Part shown: positions 23,680 through 37,257 of the stretch, one piece after another
Numbering within the stretch: the stretch's first letter is position 1
How the letters are laid out: every line of letters starts with the position of its first letter
Assembly: GCA_965649765.1 (NCBI GenBank)
Contig: OZ287752.1
Span: forward strand, 42,036,001-42,100,000
Length of the DNA: 64,000 nt
DNA from: Bispira polyomma
Lineage: Eukaryota
Direction: 5' to 3'
Position numbers and translations under genes: made by a program
Notes under the pieces: generated by a model
What the model was told of the DNA's origin: nothing
What the model saw: only the letters and a program-made list of their open reading frames with translations
The model's database searches: none

Positions 23680-25844
23680 TACCAACAAAAATACCATGCT
23701 GTCCTAGAATTGTGCTAAGGTCAAAGGAAAACACAAAGGTTACAAGTAATGTAAAAAGTACAAAAAAATACAAACATATTAGTAGATTGCTTACTTTTGT
23801 GACACAGCATAAAAATTCAAAATTACCTCCAATATACAGTCTGATTATAATTTATGCACAGTAATAAGCAGATAACACAGGCAACATACCAATAGGGTAA
23901 TTATCTTTATGTCTAAAATGAGAGCTATAGTTACCAACGACTGCCATCAAGTAAAATATTATAGGGTTGCCATAGGTCACAGGTTAATTTTAGCCTGTTC
24001 ACACACAAACCTATTTATATTAATATACTTGTCTGGAATGATCTTGCAACAAACACAGAAGGATGGCTTTACCTTGTAAAACTAATAATATGTAGAACAG
24101 GGCTGTACAGAATCTGGAAAAGGGGTTACCAGACCCAGTGTTGAACTGGACAATTTATATTCAGTGAACCTTTTCTTGGTAATTGGGCGAACTGTCTGGG
24201 TGGAAATTGAAGAACAACTCAAACATATATTGGCTTGTGTTGTAAAACCTAGTATTCAGCTGACACTCACACAATAGTAAAATATTCTAGGAAATTGGTT
24301 GAACTGTTTGGTAGTGAGCTATACTAAAAACTAAGTCTAATGCCATTAAATAACCCAACAAGGAATGGATGCCTATAAAAGTTTTATGTTAACAAATCAG
24401 TTTCCAAAAATTACAGTATCACATGTCTTGAAGTATCCCATCGAGTACCCCACTTAAGTTTAGTAATATATTATATTGCCATTTGTCATTCTATTTCAAA
24501 AGTTTTAGTCATGCTAGGTTATGTAGCTAAATCTTGGGGGTGCTATGTAAGTAGTTGTACTAAAAATCCTAGACTTATAACATCATGAGTAAAGCTAGTA
24601 TGAATAGTATTAACATTGACCACATACATGCAGATAGCATATGCTATGATTGTTAACTAGGAATGTAAGTATCTTAATGTCTAAGTAGGGTAACATATAG
24701 AACCATTAAGTTGGTTTGACAAAGTTAACTGATCATTATAGTATTTGTACATAATGTCAGTTTTATAAAATAATGCATGGGAAATGCAACAACCATGGAA
24801 ATATGGAATAAACTTAAAATATTTCAAATATACTTATATACAAGCATTATTGCATTCTTTTTTGTGTACCGAAACTCCATCTCCATCAATATTTCATTTC
24901 CTCTTGAAGTATGTGAGGCCTTCTGTTTTAACATTATCCAGTTTGTCTCACAATCATAAAGTAAAACTGGTGTCTCTACTTTGTACACCCCCCCCCCCCT
25001 CCCCAATACGATATGCATTTGTAGAGAGTCAGTATTTTTAGGCATCTAATTAAGTCAGCTAAATTGTATTTTATGTATCTAGTGTGTGAATTATCCTTGG
25101 GTGATGAACCAGTGATAATTCTGCAGTCAGGCACATGACAGATATAATTGAATTTGCACAGACATCCTACCAATTGAGTTTGGTAAATGAGATGGTCTGA
25201 TTGGATTATGTTTTCATCATGCAGCAAAGACTATAAACTCAATGTTATTGCTTTAATACATCAAAGCAGATGTCGAACAGTTTTTTTTTGGCTCTCATTA
25301 GTGAGAGAAAAAAATTTTTTGTTGGATTTCATTAATTTAAAATTCTTTGAATCAAAGGCTGTGTTTGGTTCTGTGACACAATTAAAGGCATCAATGAAAG
25401 AATTATGGCAAATATTAGTTTCACAGATGCCAGGACAATGTGTTGGTAACACTTAGGCAATTACACTCTATTATCTGCCATTGTGACTTAGTGAGTAGAA
25501 CACTCGCTTTTGAACACAGGGAACCTAAGTTTTATCCCAGCCTGGAGCTACCAGGTACATAGGTACAGATACATAGTGTCTCACATGACAACTTAAACTC
25601 TTTGATTGGGCAATATCTCCAGTGACAGCTAAAGAACATTTTTGATATATAATCATCAAGTCTCTCTATTCAGATAAGAGAATCTTAATTAGTACTTTGA
25701 ATATTAAATAAAGGCAGATCAGGTAGCACAAACACAGCAGAGACCAAAGAGGATCAATAAATAATATTATTCTAAAAGATAAAAGTAATAAATTACACAA
25801 ATTACAAATTACACAAATTACACATATATTAAATTTTTCTCTTC

Positions 25845-26795
25845 AGGATGGTGTTTTTCCCACCTGTTTCAAGACGGCAAACATAACTCCCTTGATTAAA
25901 AAACAAGGGCTTGATAAAAACCAGCTCAAAAACTACAGACCGGTGTCAAACCTCAGCTTCGTCTCAAAAGTCATCGAGAAAGCTGTAGCTAAACAAATTT
26001 CTGACCACCTTAATAGACAAAACATTCAAAATCGCCATCAGTCTGCTTATAGAAAATTTCACTCTACAGAAAGTGCCCTTTTTTCAATTAGCGATGATAT
26101 CAATCTTGCACTGGACCGCAACGACACAGTGGCCCTCACCCTTCTAGATCTCTCAGCTGCTTTCGACACTATTGATCATGTCCTGCTCTGCGACACTCTC
26201 AAGCAGTGGTTCGGTATAAATGGCAGTGTCCTTAAATGGATCAGATCCTACCTTACTCTTAGAGCACAAAGAATTAAACTAGATGATCACCTATCATCTT
26301 CCATAAAACTTCCATATGGAGTACCCCAGGGATCCGTCCTTGGTCCTCTACTTTTCACCCTTTATACACATCCTCTCAGCACTGTCATCAATAAACACAA
26401 TATAAAGCACCACATGTATGCAGACGACACTCAAGTCTATCTCTCCCTCAATCCACAAAATGCAGATACTAACATAGACCTACTTGCAGACTGTCTGTCT
26501 GATGTCCAGGCGTGGATGAACTACTCCAAACTAAAGCTTAACCCGGACAAAACAGAATTCATCCTTATAGGAAACAAGAAAAACAGTGAACTCCTAAAAT
26601 CTTTGTTTCCCATCTCCCTGCTGGGAAAAGACATACTACCTTCCGAAAATGCTAAAAACCTGGGTGTCACTTTTGATTCAGCTTTTTCGTTCGATACGCA
26701 TGTTGCCAACATCTGTCGCTCCTGCTATTACCACATACGTGACATCAAAAGAATCAGAAACCACTTGTCCATGGACACAGCGATAACTACGGCAA
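25845..26795 (+). mobile_element. L2/CR1-group LINE internal RT fragment with intact frame
   Basis: ORF 25892-26866: NYRPVSNLSF, QSAYRKFHSTE, LDLSAAFDTIDH, GVPQGSVLGPLLF, YADDTQ, LKLNPDKTE. Confidence 0.93.
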
Positions 26796-27859
26796 ATCCT
26801 TCCTTACGACTTTGCAATTTCCACGGACTTAATGATTGGACTAATGATTCTGCTGTTGCGCTTTAGAAGATGCCTAGCATCAATAAAGCGCGTTAAAAAT
26901 CCATAATAATAATAACATAATAATAAAAAGAAGAGCCAAACACAAAAGCCCCTTCGTCCATTCAACAATACCATAAAAACATGAAAACAAAGCACAAAAC
27001 CATGAAAGACTCATATAAGGAAAAAATATATCCATGTATGTTTCTTTAACTAAGATATGTGGTAGATGAATGAAATCCATTAAAACAAATTATCCATTAA
27101 TACGTGAATTATTTTATTTTTTGCTGGGTTTTTTAAATATTTTAACTCTGTTTACACATTTTCCAAAGATTGGTACAGATGCTTTAAATATCTTAGGAAA
27201 AACATATTGTACTTATTTTATGATTCGTTGAAAAAGAAACAATCTGACATTTTGGTGGTTGATATGGGGCCAGGTGATACAATAAACGGTAAACGCCTGC
27301 ACCTGTGAAAATGCATATGAAAAATGTAGTATAGTTGCAGGAATTTCCCAGGTTTAAGTATCCATTGTATTCACCATTTCAGATAAAACATGTTGATAAC
27401 AAGCGTGTTAAACATAAAACAACATAATGGTATATTAAACTCGATCTTTAGTGTTTTATTAATACGAATTTGAAGTTACTTCTGTTTTGACTTACATTTC
27501 ACCTGTATAAGCATAATAATACAAGTTTATCAGTGGTTCAGTCTACAAGCCAAATTTGTCAAGTTGTCCAAAGCTCAACCAATTGTGTTGACCATATGTT
27601 ATGACCTTGGTCCTGCACATATGTATAATGTCATTACAAGAAATAATACAGGAGCAATAAACACTTTGGGGCAATTTATTTCGACTAAGACACAGGTTAA
27701 AACATCAACTAATCATGTTACTTCTAAAAGTTAGTGTTGTTAATTATTTACAAAAAGTTCCCAAACCCAATTAAGTTGTAGAAATGTATTTTTTAAATGT
27801 ATTGCCCACTGAAACTGCAGCTTCAGGTGTAGATTCAAGGTAGTTCCAAATTGCTCCAT

Positions 27860-30800
27860 TTCTCCAACCCCCATGAGCCTGTATGCTTTACACACCTGTT
27901 TAATTTCCAATAACCTATCTTTTAGAATGGAAATAACCCCAGTTGTGACGTCAACCTGTATCCCCATACAAATTAACTGTGTAGAAGGAGGGTCCAGTTT
28001 ATCTGGGTTAATGGGCATCCCTAGAAACTAAAACAATACTTGTAATTTATTGTAAGCTCTGCTTGCGTTTTGTGACGTCACAATACTGATCACGTCGTCG
28101 ATGTAATTCATGACGCAAACACCATATACTTGCATGACGTTACACAAAACATCTGTGACTCACTGGCAAAAAGCACTTTCGGTTTTTAATCCGAACGTAA
28201 TGCTTACATCTACATATGTTTTGCTCTGATGGGTAATACCCATGACGTCATAGTCACCAGGATCCAGACGCAAATTTCTGAACTCCCTACTTATATCGAT
28301 CTTGAACAATCTACCCTGAGGGCCAATTTCCGAGATTTTATTGACAATATGATCTATTGTAGGATATTTAAGATTAAACATCTGACCATCATACATATCA
28401 TCACTAAGGGCTGAATTAACAGAAGAGCCATGTGCCCAAATAAGGTCAACAATTATTTGTCTAGATGCATTGGGATTAGGACGCAAAAGCATAGGGGAAT
28501 AGTGAAGTATGTCAAAAATGTTACCCTCACATGGTCCCATTATGGCCTTGTGTTTGAGCTCCTTATTTATGTAGATAGTAACGTCCTCAGGAAATTTTTT
28601 GGCCGAGTAGTGATTTTATACCTTGCTATTATGAACAAATTTTTTCCTGTCTAAATTTAGGGGGAAGCCAAACTGCAAGTATTCCATGAGCACTTCATCT
28701 TCGTGGTTTCTGAGAATAGTCTTCCAATTTTCAATACACAAATCAGAAAGTATTGCGATTCTTTGGGACACATAATTGGGCTTACCACTATCCCTGACCA
28801 ACCTATGTGCTTTAGCTACCCATTGTTGCAACGAGTCTGCCCTAATATCTTGTTTATAGTGACTGTCTATGTGCCTGTAAATAGGAACCGACATGAAACC
28901 AACCTGTCTATCAGAACACCTCATGCTAACTGCATTAAAATGACTATTTTGACGGCCATGTTGCAGGATTATAGCATTAAGAGTTATTGGAACTCGACTT
29001 TGGGATTGATCCCTATCTATTATCTGTATGTCGACAATGCTCGCTTGCTTACTGCTGTTACAACTTCTGTTCAAGTTCATTAATTCCTCATCAACACGCA
29101 TGAAGTTCTGTTCTACAGTGTGTACCTCGTGTCCCGAATCATAACAATTAGAACTATTTACACTAGCTTTGTTAAGCAAATAAAGCATGTCTTGCATACT
29201 TGTAGTGTTGCTATGGCAACCATCACTAAAATTATATCTGTCCTGTTCCTTATAGTCTTGTAATACCTTACTGTCAGAGTCCTTGCCTTTACTAAAATTG
29301 TCGCTTTCATTGTAACCACTGATACTACTCAGTTTGTTATCGTAGTTTAAATCCGTTAGGCTTTTATCAAATGAAGCTTTGTGTGAAGGTAGCCATTCCA
29401 CAACATCAGCTGATTTTGATTCACCACTATTTGACAAGTCTTTTTTAAAACTATTCTTGTGCCAATACTGTCTGTCCTTATAAATACCCAGCACTAAACA
29501 GTTGACAGTGCCGTTACAGTTTCCAACCTTGTCCTTATACATAAAGTCCTTGTCTTGCTGTGATCCAGTCTGCAGTGAAGCACAACACGTGTTTTCTCCC
29601 CCCATATTTGGGCCCCACGTGTTGCCTACACCATCCCCACAAGAAGAACCTGTATTGCTAGAATTCCTGCAAGAGGCATATCCATCTTGCACTGAATTGT
29701 CCAGCAAACCAAATTTATCATTTGTTTGATATATATTTATACTACCAAAATCACGTGTAAAGTGACATTCATTTTCACGTGGTACATTAATATATACACA
29801 CATATTAGTATCTACACTATTTTCCACATATATATCTGTATATACAGGTTCACTCCAAGAAGTGTGGTGAGCGCCCTGAGCCCTAATTTCCTTGGACACA
29901 TTATAATATATTTTTAAACCAAATCTATTACTATTTCTACTACAAAATCTATCTTTATACCTATTCTTTCTCTTGGCTAACTTTTTACTTGAGTATTGTC
30001 TTTTTTCTCCCCGTTTTTTGCCATTCGATGGCAGTCACATTGCCTATGTGCAAGAAATCGTTTTGTAGTGTTATAACAAAACAAGCAAGCATGCTTCATT
30101 ATTTGATTACCTTCCGTGTGATCAGTTTGAGAGCTACACGTGTTGTTGTTGAATTTTGCACACACAATTTCCCTTTTACTTTGACTTCCTTCCCCAGCCC
30201 CATTGTACTTTCCCCACTGCTGATTTCCGTTGGACTGAAGGGTACGTTGAGTATTTCTCATACGTATCCTGTCAATTGCTTCGAAATTTTCCCATGTGCA
30301 TTTGCCCTTTCAATAGTTTGCAACACAACACTATGCGCTCTTTTCACTGTACCCCAATTGGTTTCCATTGCATCTTGCATTAACAATTGAAAATATGTTA
30401 ACATATTGTCTTTAACTTTTTTTCTACTTTCTTCTTGCATGCAACCAATGTAACCAAACATAAACTGAAATGGTGTTAATTCTTCATACTTGGGATTTTT
30501 CCCACTCATACCCATACAACAGAACTCGTGTGGCCAGGCCACGTGCACTTTACTTTTTTGCGCATTTACTCGAATAAGACCAGATTTTCCCTTATTCGTA
30601 CCTGTCTCTCTGTCTAGTCCTTGCAGCTGCTGAATCTGTTGTTGCACCTGCTTCTGGATCTGTTCATTCGTCCGCAAAAACTGCTGATCAGGCAACACAC
30701 AGTCATCTTCCTCGCCGGACAGCTGTACCTGTGCCTTCTTCATTGACACGTGACACCTCTTGGAACAAGAATGTCTCGGCTTCAGCGAGCTGTATGATAC

Positions 30801-31130
30801 AGCACTCAGTGAATGTTCACTCTGCCTGTCTATCTTGTCTTCCAGCCGTCTGTTGTTGCTCTCCAGCTCAGTAATCTTGGCCAATATCATAGCCAGAGCA
30901 CCATCCTGTCCCTGGTCTCGGGATGCAGCTACTTTACCACCCACAGCGCCTTCCAGACTTCCTGGTTCTTCCTCCTCTGCCACACCAGCAGTCAGGGCTG
31001 AGTTGTTGAGCCGACAGTTCCTTCCAACCAGACGCACGTGTTGTGGCTCTCTTCCCATCAGGTCACAGGTTTTACAGTAAAACTTCGTCATTCTAAAATT
31101 ATAGGTAGACTCTCTCCACCGCAACAAAAC
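27860..31130 (-). mobile_element. Third Ngaro-type element, 3'-truncated in RT (gag + partial pol)
   Basis: gag ~31091-29977 (CKTC..H..C; KSG..VAWPHE; LMQDAMETNW; CAKFNNNTC..H..HACLFC). pol 29899 to ~27860 (FGFPLNL, HYSPML.RP, IIVDL, KIDISREFRNL, FGLKT, YIDD at ~28100). Confidence 0.88.
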
Positions 31131-31659
31131 CTGGCTTGTCCTTACCGGATATCAAGTGCACTAAGGCAATCTTGTCAGAATGTCTCCCTGCTTTTAGCCT
31201 TGATATCCACAAATACAGAGCTTCCAATGTAAGACCGACAAGCCGCGCCTTGTTGTGGAAAAAGAGATCCTTCTCCTCTGCTTGCTACCTTCACACTGAC
31301 CCCTTCCTTCCCACGATTGTAAACCCCAACTTTCTACCCATTATTCCCCCACATGGTTGAGCTGTAGACAGTCTGAGCTGTTCAAACATTCTAGAGTGTT
31401 TTTAACAATTTGTACCATTACTGGACCAAGGCCAGGTCTAGTTAAAGCTAAGCCTGCATTCAGGCTAAGTATATTAAATTTCTGGTTTCTACTGAGATTT
31501 GTTGCTTCCTCAACACTTGGACAAGGGGTCCTGGCTTGTGGAAATTTAATAACAATCTTTTGAGCGATGAATTATTTCTAAAGGGGTTAAAAAAACTGAA
31601 TTTTGACCTTGATTTTCAGTTTAGCACTCTACAAAATAAGTCCATAAAATAGGAACTGA

Positions 31660-34505
31660 TGAAGTGTCACATAAGACAATTTTGTATATCATATTCATAC
31701 TTGAAAAACGTTTGTGTGACAATAGAAATGATAACAGAATTATAGAAGAGTACAACACTATTCAAGCGGAAATAGAGCACCTTCTTAAAATCAGAGAATA
31801 TGGCATTATAGTAAGATCAAAAGTTGACTTTCTCCTTCAGGGTGAATCAAATACTAAATTTTTGTATAATTTAGAAAAAACGGAACTATAGAAGTAAACG
31901 TATTACAAAAATAATCACAGACCATAGCAAAGACATTGTTACACCAAACGAAATTTTAAATTGCCAAAAAGAATTTTACGAAAACCTGTATACATCTGAT
32001 CAAAGACATGCAGCTGACTTTGACCATATCTTTCTGGATAACAATACCGAAGCTTTAACTATTGACGAAAAACTCATATGTGATACAGAACTTACACTGG
32101 AAGAATGTAAAAAAGCGGTTTTATTTCTAAAAAGAATAAAACACCGACAACTGTTGGACTTAATGTAGATTTATTTTACATTTTTTGGGGATTACATAAA
32201 AACATATTTGTTTGACAGCTATGAATTTTTCTTTGCAAATGGAATGCTATCAGTAAAGCAAAAACGTGGCATATTACAATTATTACCAAATACAAATAAA
32301 AGCCTGATGTTTTTGAAAAATTGGAGAAGCATATCACTTTTAAATACTGACCATAAAATATTAGCATAGGTATTAGAGCAAAGACTACAAAAAGTACTGC
32401 CATCTATATTCTCTGATGATCAAAATGGGTACTTAAAAGGTCGATTTATTGGAAATAATATTCGAACAGTTGTTGATGCTATAGATCATGTAACAAAGTC
32501 ACGAGGAAGCTGTTTCATTGCTTACCTTGATTTTGAGAAAGCTTTTGACAAACTCAGTTGGGATTTCTTACAAAAAGCATTAATAAAATTTTGATTTGGT
32601 CAAAATTTCAGAAAATGGATACATATAATGTATAAAGATATTGAAAGCTCTGTAATAAATAATGGCTATACCTCTAAATATTTCAAAATTAAATGTGGTA
32701 TCAGGCAAGGTTGTCCACTGTCAGCAATATTATTTCTGATTGCTGTTGAATTACTTTTGAAAGAAGTTAAACTTAGTCCTAATATACGTGGTATAGAGAC
32801 TAGTAATAACACAGTAAAAATTTCTCAGCTGATGATACAAGATGTATTTTAGCAGATTTATTGTCAGTTCAAACATGGTTAAATACTCTTTATATGTTCT
32901 CAGCTAGTTCAGGCCTTATATTAAATTATCAAAAAACAGAAATATTGCAGATCGGACCACAACCAAATATTCCCAAAAATACATACAACATTAGTTGGGA
33001 AAAAGACAAGGTTTATGCACTTGGAACACGGTTCTATGAAGATGTACACCAGACAGTACAATTCAAATATAAAGCAAATAAAAGAAAACTTAGCAATTTG
33101 GTCAAAAATGAACTCAATTTTACAGGGAAAAATAAATATATTTAAAGTACATGCTCTTTCAAAAATTAATTATTATATTGGCAGCATAAAAACTCTAAAT
33201 TGGGTTATAAAGGAATTAGAGGAAATCTAAAAGATATTTATATGGGGACAGTCTCGGATAAAGTTAAGAGACAACGTTTTGATAGCTAATTATAGTGATG
33301 GCAGATTAAAACATTGTTTCATACATAAAAACTCAAAAGATTACCTGCATTAGGAGATTTTTAATAAATCACAGTAGCAGCGAGGCAAACTATTTAAAAT
33401 TACATATACCCAAATTAAATTTAAATCATTTTCATGAGGTGTGACCTCGAACACTTTCTGTAAAGATACCAGCCTTCTTTTGAGAGGTGTTGGCTTCTTG
33501 GTTTGAACTGTACAATCCTCCAAAAAGTCTAAATGAAATACTGTCAAGAGTTATATGGTTCAAGAAAAACATCTTGGTGGACCATAAGACCATATTTTAC
33601 AAAATTTGGTATGGAATTGTCCATAAATACGATATCCTTGATAATAATTGAAATTTTTTAACTGTTCAGTCCTAAAACTGGAAATATAAGCTTAACATAA
33701 ATTTCCTGACTAACTCAGGCCTAATACATGCTACTCCAAATGAACGGAAACAATCAATAGCTTTGAACAAAAGTACTTGCACAATGAAGCATATACAAAC
33801 CCATATTATATGTTACCCCTTAAAAAGGCATGGAACAAAATTAACTCTAAAGATATTTATAATATTCTTATTCAAAACAAAAAACAGAATCCATCATGTC
33901 AATCTACATGGCCTGAAAATTGGTTAATTTTAATTTTAGTGCTGTAGCCTGGAAAAAAATATTTTTAAATGGGAAAACATTTTCTCACGATTTTAAAGTA
34001 ATAGAAATGCAATATAAAATAGTACAAAGAATTTACTTTACTGATAATATTGTATCAAAATTTGACTGCACTGTATCAAAAGTATGCAGTATTTGTCATG
34101 TAGAAAATGACCTGTTTCATACTTTTTTCTATTGTATATCTGTGAACAGGCCATGGTGTGACATAGCAACATGGTTTGTTGAAGTAACAAAAAAAAGTTT
34201 TCATCTATGTACTGAAAATATTATTTTTTGGATGTAATGATCAAGATAACCATGCACAAGACTATATAATATACATAATATTGTATGTTAAATATTATAT
34301 CAATGTATCTCAAGTTAAAAAAAATAACTCTAATGTTTGGTGAATTCTTAATGTATTTTAGACATTATTTAGTAGTACAAAAAGATGTAAATGTATTAAA
34401 GGTGAAATGTTCAGAGTTTTTTTGCGTGAAATAATAGATTATTTGTTCAATAAAAGTGCAATTTAATTAAAGGTGTGAAAGTGTTTAAAAAAAAAAGAAA
34501 AAAAT
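31660..34505 (+). mobile_element. Decayed Tx1/L1-clade LINE ORF2 with poly(A) end
   Basis: GIIVRSK..GESNTKFLYNLEK, DQNGYLKGRFIGNNIR, LDFEKAFD, GIRQGCPLSAILF, ADDT-like motif, C-terminal CSIC..END.FH.F..C. aataaa at ~34449 and an A run at 34487-34504. Confidence 0.88.
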
Positions 34506-34799
34506 TTGTATGGTTATTATTATTATTAATGTATGTACAACATATTTCAAACAAATGAATAAAAAAAGGAAAAAAAGTTTATCAGTGGATAATAAAATTA
34601 AAACAACCCATGTGGTGTATATTAAAATAATAATGACTGAAGCAGATAACAAGTACGAATCTTGCCCTGCCAAGCACGTATGGCACTATTTAGCTTCTTT
34701 TGTCATATAATATTTTAATATATAGCACTGGAGTTCATATCACATATTACCGGTATACGAAGTTGATATAACATATTATACTGAGTTTATATGATACCT

Positions 34800-34908
34800 G
34801 GGCCCTTATTCACAAAGGGGCTTAGCCAGGTCTTAGGCTTAAATGTAGCACAAAAGTATACTGAGTTAAGCCTAAGACCTGGCTAAGTCCCTTCGTGAAT
34901 ACGGGCCC
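34800..34908. mobile_element. 109-bp hairpin MITE
   Basis: gggcccttattcacaaaggggcttagccaggtcttaggcttaa / ttaagcctaagacctggctaagtcccttcgtgaatacgggccc. Confidence 0.8.
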
Positions 34909-35619
34909 TTACATTAATCAAGATACCATTGGCTTGATATTGAATGCGAGAATAATGAAATGATGACCCCCATAGTAATTGATTTATTATCCACTTTGCA
35001 ACTATTAACACAGGAGGGGTTAAGAATTATCTGATTCTTTAAATATCTAAAAAGGTCAGTCTTCTACATTAACCTGATTATATGATTCTCTAAAGAAACA
35101 TTTTAAGAGTTTCTGATTCTTTGAAGCTTATATCACAGGGTACCCTGACATAAATCACAATACAATTGGCCTTAATCTTCAACAATGACCAAACAGTGAA
35201 ATAATGACCGCCATATATATGTCATTGTCTTTTGGTGGAACAATAATTATCCATGACAGTAAGAGCTTCTACTAAAGCAGTAAGCCATTTGTTATTTATT
35301 GCTATAATTATCAGGAATAAACTCCCTTTTATGTGGGCTAAATGGCTACTTGTTGTCGCTTCTTATACAATACTTTTATCTATCAAAATAGCAGAGTGAA
35401 TTTTTGTTTTTGTCTATCTTGCTGTGTGTGCTACATGAATAATCTAACATGTCAAACGAATGTATGGAAACATGGGAAATAATAGCAATAAAATTATTAA
35501 TACAAATTAAAGTAATGGTAAAATCCACAATTTTCTGATGTTATTATGACTTAAAATAGATATGGTATATGTAAGTAGGCATATATACTTTAACTTTATT
35601 AAAACAAGATTCCATTAAA

Positions 35620-35953
35620 GGTGATTTTTTAACTTGTACTATTTAACAATTAAATATGCTACGGTGGCCTCACACATCAATTTATGGTGACCTCAACCCT
35701 TTCTTCCAGTCACCTTACACGTCACTTTAAGGTTGTCTTACACTTAACTTTATGGTGAGGCCTACCTGACCTTAAGATGACCTTATGTTTCAAACTCAAC
35801 TGTACGTAGTATTAGTAGCTTTAAACATATTAATAAATATATTACCACAATCTGTCGTCTACTTTAAAAGCTATCTTTCTACTTTAAAAGTTATCTTTCC
35901 CTTTGGGCTATATAGAATTTTGCCGTACATCCCGAGGCACTGAAACCAAGTGT
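35620..35953 (+). repeat. Relic Ngaro B-type repeat
   Basis: Array of GGTNRCCT-type motifs; ends cactgaaaccaagtgtg, like the B ends (cactgaagggcaatgtg). Confidence 0.5.
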
Positions 35954-37257
35954 GACAGGAGGGAGGCAACCCCATAATGCTACAGCTTCCTTTATTGTAT
36001 ATAGTTTTCTGCAAATCTTCAACTATAGATGTATATCCATGAAGATGACTTATATATCTTCACTCCACACTTACTGCATCAGACGAAAACTCTTTCTCCA
36101 TCTGGATTATAGTCTATCTCTAGATGTGCTAGGTATGTCGTTTAGAGATCCTTTACAGGGATGTTCTTTGTTCAATCCATTCCTCTCCAGAACAACCATC
36201 CAGTCTCCAGTCTTTGTGTTTTGTCTGTATATAAATATACATTCTTACTGTGTATACATTCAAGTATACAATTAACAAACTAATTTCGTAGAGTTGTATT
36301 CACTTGTCCTAAACGTTTGAAAGATAATAAGATTTTGCTATATTCTTGGTAAATATACCTTTCAAGCCATGCCACTACTAAGCATGTATATTTAGCAATT
36401 ACAGTGTTTAGAAGATATGCTGTATGCTGTGTATAAGTCACCAGGAGCAAAATTCGTGAGAAATACGACTAGAGCTACAATAAACTAAGTTGGATAACTA
36501 TACGTTTACCAATAAATGTAACATTGATTATATAATATGGCATTTTATTAATGTAGGTCATATACTCATTACTTGAAAGTGCTTCCCCAAATAGGAGTTT
36601 ATTTTTTTTTTTTTTTTTTTGTTACACTAGTGTTAGTTTACTTCACCATTATAAATGTTAAAATTAATCAGGTCAGTGTCTGCAATTCTGACTTTTTGTT
36701 GTAGCATTCCTAACCCCCAGAGGTCAAGAGGTCAAGATCTAATGACAAACACACTGGGCTTTAAATCTTTATTCTAAACTATCTTTGTTTTTATATTTTT
36801 TGTAAAAGACATTAATACTGTAAAATACTTGTTTATATTGTTACTATAAAATTTCCATGAAGCATTAGGCTTTCCAATGATAATAAGAGGGAATTTGGCC
36901 ATTAAATCAAATATATATCTGTACATCATTTATTTAGTATTTGTACAGTCAAAAAAAAAACAGCTTTATGGTTATATCTATACATAAACTATATACATTG
37001 GATATATAATCAGACATTGTAGATGAACTCAGGTTAATCACTCAACACAGAGAATATTGATCAAAAATGTTAACTTGTGAATAGAAAACCTGTTTGTCCG
37101 TTTATTGCTTAATAATATACAGTCCTTGATGACATTAGATACAGTTTTAATAGTAGAGTTTTTCTGTAGGCATGACTAGGTGTGATTCCTTGATTTAGTG
37201 TTGTACGGAACATGTCTTGTATTCCTGCTGCTGTGCCTGGTTGATGGCATCTTCCCC

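Larger units (their letters stand above)
21742..27185 (+). repeat. Segmental duplication family 1, copy B (resumes at 34930-35520 after a TE pile)
   Basis: Collinear with 14-4890. Confidence 0.85.
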
